Shown: positions 18,168 to 28,220 of the stretch, piece after piece
Layout of the letters: each line of letters begins with the position of its first letter
Numbering within the stretch: position 1 is the stretch's first letter
Assembly: GCA_028866275.1 (NCBI GenBank)
Contig: JAGWIK010000008.1
Coordinates: 10,707 to 74,706 of the forward strand
Direction: 5' to 3'
Origin: Alphaproteobacteria bacterium
GTDB taxonomy: Bacteria > Pseudomonadota > Alphaproteobacteria > UBA9219
DNA length: 64,000 nt
Translations under genes and position numbers: made by a program
The notes under the pieces: model-generated
What the model was told of the DNA's origin: nothing
The model's input: only the letters and a program-made list of their open reading frames with translations
Databases searched by the model: none

Positions 18168-19933
18168 CAACGCCCCCTTGTCATATCGACGCAACGCCGC
18201 AATTCGTCCAAACCAGTTTCCTGGCGCAGAACCTTGCCGATGCCATCGGCGGCCATGGGGCGAAAACCGTCTTGCGCCGCTTGCCTGCGCAAAACGGCGC
18301 GCGGCGCGTCGTCAGCGATCAGCGCGTCGAGTTCCGGCGTCACGCGCAGGATTTCCGTGACGGCAATGCGACCGCGATATCCGCTGTGCCCGCATTGGGC
18401 GCAGCCGCGGGCTTCGGCGATGCTGACGGGGGCATCGATGCGCGCCTGTGCGGTTTCGCCAAACCCGGCAAAGGCAGGCGGTGCCGGTGTGGTGTTGTGC
18501 AGTAATGCAGATTCGGAATCCGTGGCCGCGCGCACATGTTTGCAATGCGGACATAATTTACGCACCAGCCGTTGCGCCACGATGCTTGAAATGTTTTCGC
18601 TAAGCATGCGCGGCGACAGCCCCAGGTCATGCAGGCGCGGCAAAGCCCCGAAGGCATCGTTACTGTGCAAAGTGGTGAACACCCTGTGTCCTGTCATCGC
18701 GGCACGCAATGCCATTTGCGCGGTGTCGGCGTCGCGGACTTCACCGATGAAAATAATGTCCGGCGCTTGCCGCAAAATACCCCGAATTCCGTTGGCGAAA
18801 GTAAGTCCATGCTGTTCGCGAATGGCGGTCTGGCGGATCATCTCGAATTGATATTCAACCGGCTCTTCCAACGTCATGATGTTGGTCTCGACATGGCACA
18901 GTTTTTTTAAAATGGCATATTGCGTGGTCGTTTTGCCGCTGCCGGTCGGGCCCGTGACCAAGGTTATGCCGTCGGGGCGTTGCAGCAGCAAATCAAGCTG
19001 CGCCAGCGCATGCGCGTCGTAACCCAGTTTTTCCAAGGGCAATACGGCGCGGCGGTGATCAAGGATTCGAATAACGATATTCTCGCCCTGCACCGTCGGC
19101 ATTACCGCCATGCGGAAATCGATATCCGCGCCGCCGATTTGCAGGCGGAAACGCCCGTCCTGCATGCTGCGCGTGTCGGCGATATTCATATTGGCCATAA
19201 TCTTCAGGCGATGCGACAATTCCGGCCAATGGTCGCGATGCAGCGCGCGCACCTGCCGCAACACGCCGTCGACGCGAATGCGTAAACGCACGAAACTGCT
19301 TTCCGGTTCCAGATGAATGTCGCTGGCGCCCGCGCGCACCGCCTCGCCGATAATGGAATCGACCATACGGATAACGGGGTGCTGCCATGCGTGCGTCCCC
19401 GCGTCGGCGTCGCGGGCCTGCGCCGCGGCGCCTTCCAGTTCGCGCAGAATATCATCGAAATCGGCGTCGCTGCGCGCGTAATCGGCCAGTGCGTCCTTGA
19501 TGTCTGTGGCAGAGGCTACAAACGGTTTTATGTCGATAGGCCGCGGGAAATATCGCCGCACTTCGTCCATAGCTGCGATGTCGTAAGGGTCGGCCATGGC
19601 CAGACGCAAGGTTTCTCCATCGAACGACATAGGCACGGAGCGACAACGTTCGGCAACCGCGCGCGGCAGGCGGCGGGCGATGTCGGGGGCGACAGGCTCT
19701 GTTTTCAAATCGACGGGTTCGTGTCCGCTATGGGCTGCCAGAACGGCCGCCAGTTTCTCGTCGCTGATAAAGCCCAGCCGCACCAGCACCGCGCCGAGCC
19801 TGCCGCCGTTGCGGCGTTGTTCGTGCAGCGCGATCTGCATCTGATCCGATGTCAACATGTCGTCGCGCAACAGCCTTTCCCCCAGTTTTAGCGGGGCGGC
19901 GGGTTGAGTGCGTAGCGGCATGATTTTATTCAT
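18167..19933 (-). CDS. GspE/PulE/PilB assembly ATPase
   Basis: ASDIHLEP, Walker A GPTGSGKT, RQAPDIIFIGEVRD, TGHRVFTTLH, CPHC/CAQC tetracysteine. Confidence 0.95.
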   Translation of the reverse strand: MNKIMPLRTQPAAPLKLGERLLRDDMLTSDQMQIALHEQRRNGGRLGAVLVRLGFISDEKLAAVLAAHSGHEPVDLKTEPVAPDIARRLPRAVAERCRSVPMSFDGETLRLAMADPYDIAAMDEVRRYFPRPIDIKPFVASATDIKDALADYARSDADFDDILRELEGAAAQARDADAGTHAWQHPVIRMVDSIIGEAVRAGASDIHLEPESSFVRLRIRVDGVLRQVRALHRDHWPELSHRLKIMANMNIADTRSMQDGRFRLQIGGADIDFRMAVMPTVQGENIVIRILDHRRAVLPLEKLGYDAHALAQLDLLLQRPDGITLVTGPTGSGKTTTQYAILKKLCHVETNIMTLEEPVEYQFEMIRQTAIREQHGLTFANGIRGILRQAPDIIFIGEVRDADTAQMALRAAMTGHRVFTTLHSNDAFGALPRLHDLGLSPRMLSENISSIVAQRLVRKLCPHCKHVRAATDSESALLHNTTPAPPAFAGFGETAQARIDAPVSIAEARGCAQCGHSGYRGRIAVTEILRVTPELDALIADDAPRAVLRRQAAQDGFRPMAADGIGKVLRQETGLDELRRCVDMTRGR

Positions 19934-19936
19934 TGG

Positions 19937-20746
19937 TTACCACACTGTTGTGCAGCTGTCGTTGCCGAACATGGCGACCAGCGTATTGCGGTCGGCATAG
20001 GCAAGGATATCGTCGTAAATATCGGTCGCGGTCGATATCGCCTGCGCATCGTAAAAATGTCCCGTCGATTGCGATGTCTGAACGCCATTGCATTGCGCAT
20101 AGCCGCTGTAGGAAGACGGGCTGCACGCGGCATAAGCCGATGAAAAAGGCAGGCCGGAACCATTATTCCCGTTGCCCACAGGCTGGGCAAAATACGATCC
20201 GTATCCTTCCTTGCCGTGGCTGACGAAAATGACGGCGGCTTGCTGTGTTGCGCCACCCGGCGTTGTGACCAAAACGCGATAGGATGTCGCTAGTCCTGCG
20301 GCGCACATGCCCTGGCTCGATGAAGGCGGCGCGGTCGTAAATTTCGCCGTCAGCGCAGGGTCAACGCGCATCGTGATCCAATGCCCCCACCCGTCGTGCG
20401 CGGTCGACGCCGGAATGCCCAAGGACGCGAAAGGGGCAATGCCTTCGGCTATGGACGCGGCACACCCGCCGCATGCCGCGCCCGTACCGCCGACAATGCC
20501 GAATTTCGCGCCGACCGCGCCGGGGCTGGCCGGACAGGGCACGCACCCGTTGGCCTGAACATAGGCGGCAGTCGCCAGCATCAGGCTGTGCAGATTGCTT
20601 TGCGTCAGTTGATACTGGTTGGCGGCACGCAATGCGGTCAAAGCGGGGAAAATCGTCAACATGACAATCCCCGCAATGATCATCACCATCGCCATTTCGG
20701 CGAGGGTAAAGCCCGCATGATCCGATTGCGCGCGCCAAACCCGCAT
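19937..20746 (-). CDS. prepilin-type (minor pilin/pseudopilin) protein, Cys-rich
   Basis: class III signal G|FTLAEMAMVMIIAG. Confidence 0.85.
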   Translation of the reverse strand: MRVWRAQSDHAGFTLAEMAMVMIIAGIVMLTIFPALTALRAANQYQLTQSNLHSLMLATAAYVQANGCVPCPASPGAVGAKFGIVGGTGAACGGCAASIAEGIAPFASLGIPASTAHDGWGHWITMRVDPALTAKFTTAPPSSSQGMCAAGLATSYRVLVTTPGGATQQAAVIFVSHGKEGYGSYFAQPVGNGNNGSGLPFSSAYAACSPSSYSGYAQCNGVQTSQSTGHFYDAQAISTATDIYDDILAYADRNTLVAMFGNDSCTTVW

Positions 20747-20751
20747 CGCCG

Positions 20752-21399
20752 TTACATTCTGATGCAGACGGTATAGGTCTGACCCGTAACATAGCCGGTG
20801 TTTGCCGCGGCGCCGTCGGCAGCGCCGGGGGCGGTTGCGGTCAATACGGCTTGAACCGTGCCTGCGTTAATGACGCCATCGTCGAGCCGCGAGTCAATGG
20901 CCTGCGCAGCGTCGGAAGGCACATCGCTCAGGCACAGGACGTTGGTGGTGATGCCGCCGCTGAATGCGCCATGCTGGTAACCGTAAATACCGCCGAACGG
21001 GTTGGCGGGTTGCAACGTCTGGTCTGCGCCAGAGATCTGTTTGACAAGACCGGCGGCGCGCAATTCCTGCCAGACCAGACGGGTTTCGTCGCTGGCGGTC
21101 TGGCTGTCGAAATCGCCGTTCAGCGTGCCGTCGCCGTTACCCGCCGTGCCGGTCAATGAAAAGCGCGATAATCCACTGGTGTCGTCGCCGGGCATGGCGT
21201 TGTAATTTTGCATATAGGTCTGGAATTGCGCTTCGAACGCCTGAATGGAATTGACGGCGTTGGTAATCTGGGCGTTTTCCATGATCTGTCGCCCCGTCAA
21301 AACGCCGCCGATGATAAGGCCGATGATGACAAGGACGATTGACAGTTCGACCAAGGTAAAACCCGAAGTCCGGTTACGATGTATTGGCTGGCGTTTCAT
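20752..21399 (-). CDS. prepilin-type (probable major pilin) protein
   Basis: class III signal G|FTLVELSIVLVIIGLIIGGV; IDSRLDDG motif. Confidence 0.9.
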   Translation of the reverse strand: MKRQPIHRNRTSGFTLVELSIVLVIIGLIIGGVLTGRQIMENAQITNAVNSIQAFEAQFQTYMQNYNAMPGDDTSGLSRFSLTGTAGNGDGTLNGDFDSQTASDETRLVWQELRAAGLVKQISGADQTLQPANPFGGIYGYQHGAFSGGITTNVLCLSDVPSDAAQAIDSRLDDGVINAGTVQAVLTATAPGAADGAAANTGYVTGQTYTVCIRM

Positions 21400-23186
21400 G
21401 ATTTTTCTCCGTCTTTTTGGGGTGTGGGTGTGCCTGTGTGGTCTTCATCATCCGCCTTGTCGGCTGGCAAAGGCGGCAATGTCATCTGGCGAGGGTCTTT
21501 GCCGAAACGGCGATAGACGGCATCGTCCGCCGCGTCGGGCGCGGGGGTATCGGCGATGGTGGCGCGCAACAGGATGATCAATTCGCTCGTCTTGCCGTCG
21601 TTGCTGCGTGATTTGAATAAACTGCTGACATAAGGCAGGTCGGACAGCAATGGCACGCCCTGATCCTGATTGATCGAACTGTCCTGCATCAATCCGCCCA
21701 TCACGGCGATTGCGCCGGAATGAAGCTGGATAACCGAATCCATTTCGCGCACCGCCAGCACCGGGATCTGCGACGGCACACTGTCGGCGACGCCCGCAAT
21801 GGCGGCGTTGAGATTGATCGACGGGTCGTCAACCTCGCCGACGATGCGCGAAATGGTGGGGCGCAGCGTCATCGTCACGCGGTCATGCGCGGCATCAATG
21901 GCGGGTTGCACGGTCATGACCAGCCCGACGGGAACGGTGCGCGGCGTGCTGGTATAAACGGGGTTGGTGGTGACAGACGACCCGTTGGCGTTGGTCGTCG
22001 TGGTGAATTGCGCCTGCGTGACAAAATAAACCTGATTGGTGGCGACCTTCATCACGGCTGTCTGGTTGTTCAGAACGGTAATGCGCGGCGCGGACAATAC
22101 CCGCGTCGTGCCGAAAGTCTGCACCAGGTTAATAAGCGAACTAAAATTGGTTCCGGTTAATCCCGCCGTGAAATAGCCGTTGGTATTGTTCGCGACCTGC
22201 GTGCCGAAATTGGCGGCTGCGCCGAACGCGTTGGAAAAAACGCCCGTCCAGTCGATGCCGGATTGATAATTGTCGTCAAGTTCGACTTCGATAATCCGCG
22301 CGTCTATCAACACCTGTGCATAGGCCTTGCGTCGCAATTGCGCGACATAGGCGGCGACGGCTTGCTGTTGCGCCTGTGTGCCGTAAACGGTGACAAGTCC
22401 GGCTTGTTTGTCGGTGCTGAAATCGCTTTTGCTATTGTCGCCGGTTGTGCGCGCATGCGCGGCCAGAATCTGGGCCAGCGATTTTTGCGTTTCGGCCCAG
22501 AAATCGGCTTCCGACAGGCTGGCAACTTTAGCGGTGGAATTGTTTTGTGTCGCGGCGACGCCATTGCCGCCGCCGCCCGCCGCGCCGCCGATGCCGCTGT
22601 TGTTGCCGCTGACATCGACATCGAACACGTTGGTGGCGATGCCGGTCTCGCCGGTGGTTTTACGCGACAGATTCAGGTAATCGAGCTGATATGTTTTTTC
22701 ATAAGGATCATCGGGTTCGATATGAATAAATCCGCCATCGTCGATGCTGTATCGCAATCCGGCGGAATCGCATATGCGTTGCAAGACCGTCTGTAGCGGT
22801 TCGTCATGCGCGGAAATAATCACGCTGCCCTGCACGCGGGGGTCGAGTTCAAGATTCGCGCCAGTTTTGTTGACCAGCTCCATCAACACATCACGCACAG
22901 GCACGCTGTCGCTGACTTCCAGATTGACGCGCTTGGCCAAAGGCCCGGTCGGGGCTTCATCGGCATTATCGGGAATGGATGGGATGGGCGGCGCTTTTTT
23001 GGCGTTCAGTCCGTCGTCCGTGCCGTGGCGATTGCGCAGGGCCAGATAATCGGCGCGGCTCAATCCGCCTGCCGGATCGATATCATTGGTTGTTACGATG
23101 TTGTCGGAGTCGGCAAGAGAGCAGGCGTTCAAAAGAACGACAGCGTTAACCATAAGTAAAACAACAAGAAAATGTCGTAACTTCAT
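21396..23186 (-). CDS. outer-membrane secretin (MshL/GspD-like, lipoprotein-type)
   Basis: lipobox-like LLNAC; QVLIDARIIEVEL, VLSAPRITVLNNQTA, VMGGLM, GVPLLSDLP, SELIILL. Confidence 0.9.
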   Translation of the reverse strand: MKLRHFLVVLLMVNAVVLLNACSLADSDNIVTTNDIDPAGGLSRADYLALRNRHGTDDGLNAKKAPPIPSIPDNADEAPTGPLAKRVNLEVSDSVPVRDVLMELVNKTGANLELDPRVQGSVIISAHDEPLQTVLQRICDSAGLRYSIDDGGFIHIEPDDPYEKTYQLDYLNLSRKTTGETGIATNVFDVDVSGNNSGIGGAAGGGGNGVAATQNNSTAKVASLSEADFWAETQKSLAQILAAHARTTGDNSKSDFSTDKQAGLVTVYGTQAQQQAVAAYVAQLRRKAYAQVLIDARIIEVELDDNYQSGIDWTGVFSNAFGAAANFGTQVANNTNGYFTAGLTGTNFSSLINLVQTFGTTRVLSAPRITVLNNQTAVMKVATNQVYFVTQAQFTTTTNANGSSVTTNPVYTSTPRTVPVGLVMTVQPAIDAAHDRVTMTLRPTISRIVGEVDDPSINLNAAIAGVADSVPSQIPVLAVREMDSVIQLHSGAIAVMGGLMQDSSINQDQGVPLLSDLPYVSSLFKSRSNDGKTSELIILLRATIADTPAPDAADDAVYRRFGKDPRQMTLPPLPADKADDEDHTGTPTPQKDGEKS

Positions 23187-23282
23187 GGAAAGAAAGAAAA
23201 ATAAACACAACACACGAATGTGTGCGCGTTGTTTCTATTATAGGTTGCCGATGTGTGTCAAAAGGATGTTCTAGTAACACCC

Positions 23283-23311
23283 TGTGGATAAGTGTTTATT
23301 TCTGGGGATAA
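23283..23311. promoter_or_regulatory. pair of DnaA-box-like sites upstream of the secretin operon
   Basis: TGTGGATAA (23283-23291, perfect TTATCCACA reverse complement) and TGGGGATAA (23303-23311, one mismatch); minus-strand TTGACA at 23256-23261. Confidence 0.4.
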
Positions 23312-24042
23312 GTTACGTTCCAGAAACAAAGAGCATGCGCCGGGGCGGTCGGGCCGCCCTTGCTGCGGTCGCAGGCGGCAAAGGCGGTACGGAAATCGTC
23401 GAGGCTCCATTGCCCCGTGCCGACCATCGCCAAAGTACCGGCCATATTGCGCACCTGGTGATACAAAAACGACCGCGCTGCCGTTTCGATGACGATAGTT
23501 TCGCCGTCGCGCGTAACATTCAGCCTGTCCAGCGTTTTCACCGGCGAATTTGACTGGCAATTCTGCGCACGGAATGTCGAAAAATCATGTTGCCCGATCA
23601 GCAGATCGGCCGCGGCCTGCATCGCGGCGATATCCAGCGGGCGCGGCACATGCCATGCGCGTTCGGCGTCGATCGCCAGCGGCGCACGGCGGTTGACGAT
23701 GCGGTAACGATAGCTTCGTTGAATGGCGCTGAACCGCGCATGAAAGGCCTCGTCGACGTGTTCCGCGCCAAGGATGGCGATTTTGTGCGGGCGCAGATAA
23801 AAATTCACGGCATCGCGCACGGTGTCGCCGTCGGTGTTTTTGGTTATATCGAAATGCGCGACTTGCGCGCGGGCATGCACGCCGGTATCGGTTCGTCCCG
23901 CGCCATGCAGCGTGGCGGTCTCGCCGCAGAATCTTTCGATCGCCTCCTCGATGCATTGCTGGATCGACGGCGCATGCGGTTGCCGTTGCCAGCCGCAAAA
24001 CGCGCCGCCTTCATATTCGATTGTCAGCTTCCAGCGCGTCAT
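23296..24042 (-). CDS. truA: tRNA pseudouridine(38-40) synthase
   Basis: [42 protein letters not shown]. Confidence 0.96.
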   Translation of the reverse strand: MTRWKLTIEYEGGAFCGWQRQPHAPSIQQCIEEAIERFCGETATLHGAGRTDTGVHARAQVAHFDITKNTDGDTVRDAVNFYLRPHKIAILGAEHVDEAFHARFSAIQRSYRYRIVNRRAPLAIDAERAWHVPRPLDIAAMQAAADLLIGQHDFSTFRAQNCQSNSPVKTLDRLNVTRDGETIVIETAARSFLYHQVRNMAGTLAMVGTGQWSLDDFRTAFAACDRSKGGPTAPAHALCFWNVTYPQK

Positions 24043-24962
24043 AGCAAAGATCCGACCGGCAAACGCAGTCCGCGCAACATCGATGCGCCGTCCGTCGCGG
24101 CTTTTCCGGCGCGTTGCACGGTATCCAGCCGCAACGCCCTGTCGCCGCAGGCGACGGTGAATTGGTCGTCAAGCAAAGTTCCCGGCGCGCCCGATTTGTC
24201 GATGATCGTGGCGGCCAGGAGTTTGATCACCTCGCCGTCCAGCGTAAAATAACATCCGGGCCACGGATGCAGGGCGCGCAATTGCCGTTCGATGGCGGCG
24301 GCGGGGGTCGTCCAATCAATCTTGCCGTCGTCGCGGGTCAGCTTGGCGGCATAGGTCGCGCCCTCCGGCGGCTGGGGGGTCGCGTGCAGTGCGCCGGCAG
24401 CCAAATCCGCCAATGCCCGCACCACAAGCCGCGCGCCCATGTCGGCCAGCGCATCGTGCAGGGTTTGCGCGGTGGTTTGCGGCGTGATCGCCACATGGTC
24501 GCGCAACAGCATCGCGCCTGTATCCAGTCCCGCATCCATCTGCATGATCGTAACGCCGGTTTCGGCATCGCCCGCCAGAATGGCGCGTTGGATAGGCGCC
24601 GCACCGCGCCAGCGCGGCAGCAACGAACCGTGGATATTGATGCATCCATAGCGCGGCGCGTCGAGAATAGCCTGCGGCAATATCAACCCATAGGCGGCAA
24701 CGACGGCGACATCGAGCTTTAATGCGCGGAATTTTTCCTGTTCTTCGGCGTTGCGTAAAGTCCTGGGCGTATGGACGTTCAGGCCCATTTCTTCCGCGGC
24801 GCGGTGCACCGGCGTTTTTTGCAGCTGATGCCCTCGTCCGGCGGGTTTGGGGGGCTGGCAATAAACGGCGGCGATGTCGTGCCCTGCGGCATGCAGGGCG
24901 CGCAAAGCGGTCACGGCAAAATCGGGCGTGCCCATAAAGGCGATGCGGAGGGGATGTGTCAT
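24039..24962 (-). CDS. fmt: methionyl-tRNA formyltransferase
   Basis: [36 protein letters not shown]. Confidence 0.97.
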   Translation of the reverse strand: MTHPLRIAFMGTPDFAVTALRALHAAGHDIAAVYCQPPKPAGRGHQLQKTPVHRAAEEMGLNVHTPRTLRNAEEQEKFRALKLDVAVVAAYGLILPQAILDAPRYGCINIHGSLLPRWRGAAPIQRAILAGDAETGVTIMQMDAGLDTGAMLLRDHVAITPQTTAQTLHDALADMGARLVVRALADLAAGALHATPQPPEGATYAAKLTRDDGKIDWTTPAAAIERQLRALHPWPGCYFTLDGEVIKLLAATIIDKSGAPGTLLDDQFTVACGDRALRLDTVQRAGKAATDGASMLRGLRLPVGSLL

Positions 24963-24988
24963 GCCGGTGTTATACTACAAAACACCAA

Positions 24989-25516
24989 TTACAGGACATG
25001 CCCGTCTTCGGCGCGTTGTTCTTTGTCTATTTTGCGCAAAATCATGTCGCGCTTCAGCTTCGACAGGTGGTCGATGAACAGGACGCCATTCAAATGGTCG
25101 ATTTCATGCTGAATGCACTGGCTCAGCAAATCCTCGGCCTCCAATTCGCATTTTTTGCCTGCGGCATCCAGATAGGTCATACGAATGCGTTTGGGCCGCG
25201 TGACTTTGGCATAATGGCCGGGGATCGACAGACAGCCTTCGTTATAGGTGAAAGTTTCATCCGGATCGTGCCACACCACTTCGGGGTTTGCCATCAACAG
25301 CACATTTTTCCCGTCGCGCTCGTCGGAAACGTCCACAGTGATGACGCGGTCAAGGCTGCCGACCTGATTGGCCGCCAAACCGATACCGTTGCCTTTGTAC
25401 ATGGTTTCGGCCATGTCATGCATGAATGCGGCGATACGTTTGTCGACGGCGGCGACAGGCTGCGCAACCTTGCGCAGCACGGCAGCGGGAATAATCTGAA
25501 TAGGCAGTTGAGACAT
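24989..25516 (-). CDS. def: peptide deformylase
   Basis: GIGLAANQ, EGCLS, QHEIDHLNG. Confidence 0.97.
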   Translation of the reverse strand: MSQLPIQIIPAAVLRKVAQPVAAVDKRIAAFMHDMAETMYKGNGIGLAANQVGSLDRVITVDVSDERDGKNVLLMANPEVVWHDPDETFTYNEGCLSIPGHYAKVTRPKRIRMTYLDAAGKKCELEAEDLLSQCIQHEIDHLNGVLFIDHLSKLKRDMILRKIDKEQRAEDGHVL

Positions 25517-25579
25517 GCGTCTTTCCTGAAATAAGAATTATTCCAATATAATAAAGTAACGCCAAGATTAAGGCAAATG

Positions 25580-26782
25580 TTACGCCGCGTCATCCTTGGC
25601 GGCGGGCAGGGCCGGCGTGCGCGTTTGCAGATCAATAGGCGCGGTGTTTTCGCTGATTTCCTTGTCTTCCTTATTCGCGCCGTAATCGCGCAATTTGCGC
25701 GCCTTAACCAAAACATTGCGTTCCAGACTGCCGACCATCCGGTTATAGCTTTCCATCGATCCGGACAATTTGCGGCCCATGTCAACGACATGGTCGGTCA
25801 TGGTCGCCACGGCGGTATAAAGCTCGCCGCCCAGCGCGCCCAGCCTGACCGCGTTTTCCCGCAAATTTTCCTGCCGCCAGCTCATCGATACTGTACGCAG
25901 CAGGGCTACCAGCGTCAGCGGCGTCGCCAGAACGACATCATTCGACGCGCTATATTCCATCAAATCGGGGTCGCAATCCAAAGCGCCGGCCAGAAAATGG
26001 TCACCGGGGACGAATAACACAACAAAATCAACAGCACCCTCGATCTGGTCCCAATAAGCCTTGGCGCTCAACGCGCGCACATGGTCGCGCATCGCGCGGG
26101 CATGCTGTTTCATCGCCGCTTGCCGGATATCGGGATCATCGCTCTGCGCGCCGTCCATATAGGCGTTAAGGGGAACCTTGCTGTCGATAACGACACAACG
26201 CTGGCCGGGCAGGGACACAACATAATCGGGGCGCAGGCTGCCTGCGCCGTCTTCGCCGGGGATATGCTGTTGCGCGGCAAAGTCACGGGTATATTCCGAC
26301 ATTCCGGTCATTTCCAGAATACGGCGCACCTGAATTTCGCCCCAACGGCCGCGCGTGGCGGGCGCGCGCAAGGCCTGCAACAATTGTCCCGTTTCCTGAC
26401 GCAACTGCTGCTGGGCTTCGTTCGACAGGCTGACGGCTTTCAACACTTCCCTGTACGCGCCCTCGCGCTGCGTTTCCATGGCGCGGATATGGGCGTCCAT
26501 CTTGGTCAGGGTTTCCTTGACCGGCTTGACAATTTCGTCAATGGCGGTCGATTTTTTGTCGAACAGGGCAGCCGTGGTGTTTTCGGCCTGTTTCAGCCGG
26601 GTTTCGGCCAGTTGCAGAAAGCTTTCATTGCTCTGCCGCAGGGCTTCGGCGGCGATCCCGCGGAACCGTTCGCCCCATTCGGTTTCGGTGCCGATGCGCG
26701 CGCGCGTGAACAACCACACGGCGCAGCCGCCGGTGATAATGCCCAGCATCAGGGCTATGGCGAAATAGTCATAAATGCGCAT
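25580..26782 (-). CDS. rmuC: DNA recombination protein RmuC
   Basis: RGRWGE, LRPD...IDSKVP, DFVVLFVPGD. Confidence 0.92.
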   Translation of the reverse strand: MRIYDYFAIALMLGIITGGCAVWLFTRARIGTETEWGERFRGIAAEALRQSNESFLQLAETRLKQAENTTAALFDKKSTAIDEIVKPVKETLTKMDAHIRAMETQREGAYREVLKAVSLSNEAQQQLRQETGQLLQALRAPATRGRWGEIQVRRILEMTGMSEYTRDFAAQQHIPGEDGAGSLRPDYVVSLPGQRCVVIDSKVPLNAYMDGAQSDDPDIRQAAMKQHARAMRDHVRALSAKAYWDQIEGAVDFVVLFVPGDHFLAGALDCDPDLMEYSASNDVVLATPLTLVALLRTVSMSWRQENLRENAVRLGALGGELYTAVATMTDHVVDMGRKLSGSMESYNRMVGSLERNVLVKARKLRDYGANKEDKEISENTAPIDLQTRTPALPAAKDDAA

Positions 26783-26895
26783 GAAATTCCGATCATCGGT
26801 CGCGTTATTTATATCTGATTCGCGCGGCGACGTGCTTGTTTATTTTGTTCATTTGATGCATTAGATTAATCTTCTATCATTTTGCGGAGTTTCGC

Positions 26896-28218
26896 TTGTC
26901 GTTGGGCGCCGAGATAGCCATCGTTCTTCTGCTGATTCTCGTCAACGGCTTTTTCGCCATGTCGGAACTGGCTATCGTATCGGCGCGCCGCGCGCGGCTG
27001 CGCCAATTGGCGGACGAGGATAATGCCGGGGCCAAGCTTGTTCTGGGGCTGGCCGAAGACCCGTCCCGTTTTTTATCCATCGTTCAAATCGGCATGACGC
27101 TGAACAGCGTTCTGGCCGGGGCTTACAGCGGTGCCACGCTGGCGGGCAGACTTGGGGATTATCTCAACGGCATCGCGTGGATTGCGCCCGACGGCAATGC
27201 CGTCGCGCTGGCCCTGACGGTGGCGGGCGTCACTTACCTTAATCTGGTCATCGGCGAATTGGTTCCCAAACGCATTGGCTTGGCCTATGCCGAAAAAATC
27301 GCGGTGCGCGTGGCGCATGCTATGGGGATTTTCGCCGCCATCGCCGCGCCTGTCGTCTGGCTTTTGAAGCAATCGACCGAAACCGTATTGTATCTGCTGC
27401 GCCTTCATAACACGCCTCAGGCGGGCGTAACGGAAGAAGAAGTGCGCAACGTCATCGCCGAAGGCACGCAATCCGGCGCCTTGAAACCTGCCGAACAAAG
27501 CATGCTGGAAGGCGTCATGCGTCTGGCCGACCGGTCGGTGCGCACGATTATGACGCCGCGCATGGATGTGGTGTGGCTGAATATCGACGATACGCCGCGC
27601 GACCATAAAAACATCATTCGTTCCAGCGGCTATAGCCGCTTTCCCGTGGCGCGCGGCGATATGGAAGAAATTCTGGGCGTCGTTCATGCCAAGGATTTGC
27701 TGAACGCCAGTTTCGACGGCGCGACCTTGTCCCTCAAGCCCGTCATGCGTCCGGCCCTGGCCGTTCCCGACACGACGCCGGTGTTGCGCTTGCTTGAACA
27801 GTTCAAAAAATCCGGCCAGCATATCGCGCTGGTCGTCGACGAATATGGCAGCGTCGAAGGGCTGGTTTCCGTCACCGATATCATCGAATCCATCACCGGC
27901 GGCTTGCCGGAACGTGGTCGCGAAGGCACGGAAAAACCGGTGCGGCGCGAGGATGGCAGCTGGCTCATCGACGGTATGGTGCCGATTGACGAAATCGAAG
28001 CTCTGACGGGATTAAAGGATATGCGCGGCGACGGCGATTTTCAAACGCTGGGCGGATTTATTATCGAACGTCTGGGCCGTATCCCTGCGACAGGCGACCA
28101 CTTCGTTTGGGAAGACGCGCATTTCGAAGTCGTCGATATGGATGGCCGCCGCGTCGATAAGGTCATCCTTATGCCCCCCGCCGAAGAAAGCGACCGCGCC
28201 TCAGGCGAAGATAGATAG
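26896..28218 (+). CDS. HlyC/CorC family (CNNM-CBS) Mg/Co transporter
   Basis: NGFFAMSELAIVSAR, GELVPK, YSRFPV, VVDEYG, CorC_HlyC C-terminus. Confidence 0.92.
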   Translation: MSLGAEIAIVLLLILVNGFFAMSELAIVSARRARLRQLADEDNAGAKLVLGLAEDPSRFLSIVQIGMTLNSVLAGAYSGATLAGRLGDYLNGIAWIAPDGNAVALALTVAGVTYLNLVIGELVPKRIGLAYAEKIAVRVAHAMGIFAAIAAPVVWLLKQSTETVLYLLRLHNTPQAGVTEEEVRNVIAEGTQSGALKPAEQSMLEGVMRLADRSVRTIMTPRMDVVWLNIDDTPRDHKNIIRSSGYSRFPVARGDMEEILGVVHAKDLLNASFDGATLSLKPVMRPALAVPDTTPVLRLLEQFKKSGQHIALVVDEYGSVEGLVSVTDIIESITGGLPERGREGTEKPVRREDGSWLIDGMVPIDEIEALTGLKDMRGDGDFQTLGGFIIERLGRIPATGDHFVWEDAHFEVVDMDGRRVDKVILMPPAEESDRASGEDR

Positions 28219-28220
28219 GC

